This document shows, piece by piece, positions 63,353 to 64,000 of a DNA stretch of 64,000 bases. How positions within the stretch are numbered: the first letter of the stretch is position 1; every line of letters begins with the position of its first letter. The stretch is from Intoshia linei. Taxonomy: Eukaryota > Animalia > Orthonectida. A model generated the notes under the pieces. The model was given only the letters and a program-made list of their open reading frames with translations. It was not told the DNA's origin and searched no databases. Made by a program: the position numbers and the translations under genes. Where the stretch lies: NCBI GenBank assembly GCA_001642005.1, contig LWCA01000009.1:1-64000 (forward strand). Direction: 5' to 3'.

Positions 63353-64000
63353 ATGGATAAAAAATATTCAAGAATTTGCCCATTAAAACTGTCACTCAAT
63401 TATGCTCAAGCCGAAAATTCTACATTTTTCATTATAAGAGAAATTGGTCCAACAAATTTTTTATTAGCTGAAAATGAACACAATAATATAACTTATAAAG
63501 TATGATTTAATTTATTTTCCTTTCTTTTCATCTCAATATTCATTATACTGATATCAAATAAATGGAAATTTTGGGAGAGGTAATTGTATAATTTAATATA
63601 ATTTAATAGGTATCAATTGGAAATAAACATAGCTGTTCTTGTAAATATCTAAAATCAAATAAAATGTTATGTATTCATTTATGTTGGTTATTTATGAAAA
63701 AATTTAAAGTGTCAAAAGAAAATGAAGGTAATTTTAAATTTGTATATATAAAATTCAAGGTTGTTAAGAAATCTATTCGTGACAAGTTTTTTAGTTACGT
63801 AAAAATTTTTCGTGACAATAAATATATTAACTTATATTGAAGATTAATAAATTTAATTTTTTTTATTTAATTAGTATTTTGGAAAGCGGGACTAACCGAT
63901 GGAGAAATTGGTGACTTGTTATTGGGAAAATTCGATGATATTCCAAAGAAAAAAATAAACAATGAAATTAAAAAAATTGACATTAAGGATTTAGAAATAG
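63353..64000 (+). CDS. ZSWIM2: ZSWIM2 (MEX) E3 ligase, 5' part running off the window
   Basis: FFIIREIGPTNFLL...YK|VSIGNKHSCSC...LCIHLCWLFMKKFK...|...GLTDGEIGDLL contains a SWIM finger (CxC...CxH) in ZSWIM2-like context. Exons are in phase. Confidence 0.85.

Overview
This is very AT-rich eukaryotic (animal) genomic DNA, gene-dense, with many ~33-45 nt GT-AG introns. That style suggests a compacted invertebrate parasite genome such as an orthonectid, which is an inference only. Multi-exon genes reconstructed by hand, in order: stomatin (-), TRIM-NHL E3 ligase (+), EAG K+ channel (+), a highly divergent Na/Ca exchanger-like gene (+), a small PACT-domain coiled-coil protein (-), cytochrome b561 (-), ANKRD60-like (-), two tandem M13 neprilysin-like peptidases (-), ICT1/mL62 (-), DNA polymerase epsilon catalytic subunit (+), a phosphatidylinositol synthase-like gene (-), the MTERF4 C-terminal part (-), EFCAB9 (+) and the start of ZSWIM2 (+). 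Large introns and intergenic space hold a non-autonomous Helitron family, hAT MITEs with 8-bp TSDs, foldback-like elements and decayed hAT, Tc1 and non-LTR fragments. The most notable observations are: ICT1 with GGS instead of the catalytic GGQ; an NCX with both ion-binding alpha repeats degenerate; a Helitron nested antisense in a sister copy at a demonstrable A|T site; a ~710-aa mini-pericentrin; and EFCAB9 apparently lying in an MTERF4 intron. All family calls come from motif recall, not database searches. No prokaryotic-type system, CRISPR array or recognisable structural RNA gene was seen.
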